NCBI GenBank assembly: GCA_051953595.1
Contig: JBQCIQ010000022.1
Location: 1-46,924 of the forward strand
Reading direction: 5' to 3'
Source of the DNA: Conexibacter sp.
GTDB taxonomy: Bacteria; Actinomycetota; Thermoleophilia; Solirubrobacterales; Solirubrobacteraceae
DNA: 46,924 nt
The notes beneath the pieces are model-generated. The model saw only the letters and a program-made list of their open reading frames with translations. It made no database searches and was not told the origin of the DNA. The position numbers were made by a program, and so were the translations under genes. Below are positions 46,686 to 46,924 of this stretch, piece by piece (within the stretch, counting starts at the first letter, position 1; each line of letters begins with the position of its first letter).

Positions 46686-46924
46686 CCGCTCGCCTCGGCC
46701 AGGAAGCGCTTTACGCCCGGCGTCACCAGCGACTCGACGGTCGTCAGCAGATAGCGTGCGCCGCGTCCGAGCCAGGTGCGGACGGCGGCCGTGTCGCCGG
46801 CGACCGCGCCCAGGCCCTTCCCCGCCGTCGCGGGCGCGGCCGCGGCCCCCTCGGCGCCCCCAACGACGGCCGGGGGCGCGACCGCCCCCGGGCATCCGCG
46901 GGCGTGCGGGTGGTCGCGCGCGCC
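46682..46924 (-). CDS. Partial (3' end) HpcH/HpaI aldolase-like protein, truncated by the window edge
   Basis: Manual translation gives ...AGKGLGAVAGDTAAVRTWLGRGARYLLTTVESLVTPGVKRFLAEASG*. Its TGA overlaps the ATG at 46685. It is not in the ORF track because it has no start codon in the window. Confidence 0.55.
   Translation of the reverse strand, partial: GARDHPHARGCPGAVAPPAVVGGAEGAAAAPATAGKGLGAVAGDTAAVRTWLGRGARYLLTTVESLVTPGVKRFLAEASG

Noticed and set aside
46830-46924. Frameshift or pseudogene in the terminal aldolase-like gene
   Set aside because: The sequence becomes run-rich at the window end, so sequencing error cannot be told apart from real decay.

Overview
Very GC-rich actinobacterial DNA. 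Gene content suggests Thermoleophilia/Solirubrobacterales, which is an inference only. Both ends look like low-quality contig termini. There are three zones. (1) 1-2061 is the right end of an integrated element: an excisionase-like HTH gene, a tyrosine integrase, clustered direct repeats and a 51-bp 3' fragment of tRNA-Ala(CGC) acting as att site. (2) 2.1-17.4 kb is mixed: a cluster of uncharacterised stress-type genes, a three-gene secreted-protein operon, an SQR-like flavoprotein, a methyltransferase, VOC and AKR enzymes, a secreted clan GH-A hydrolase, an MFS transporter, a ferritin-like protein and an M15 peptidase. Five genes in this zone share a SigB/SigF-type promoter (GTTT-N15-GGG[A/T]A). 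(3) 17.4-46.9 kb is a ~29.5-kb all-minus-strand catabolic region. It holds three Opp/Dpp-family ABC importers, four unrelated amide/ester hydrolases, a LacI regulator with a candidate operator, a DegT-family aminotransferase, two tandem xylose-isomerase-like TIM-barrel paralogs, two SDRs, an IolE-like enzyme and a partial HpcH aldolase. A conserved ~40-bp element precedes four of these transcription units and defines a regulon. The best candidate for an undescribed system is this region: possible uptake, deacylation and deamination/elimination of amino-sugar or aminocyclitol compounds.
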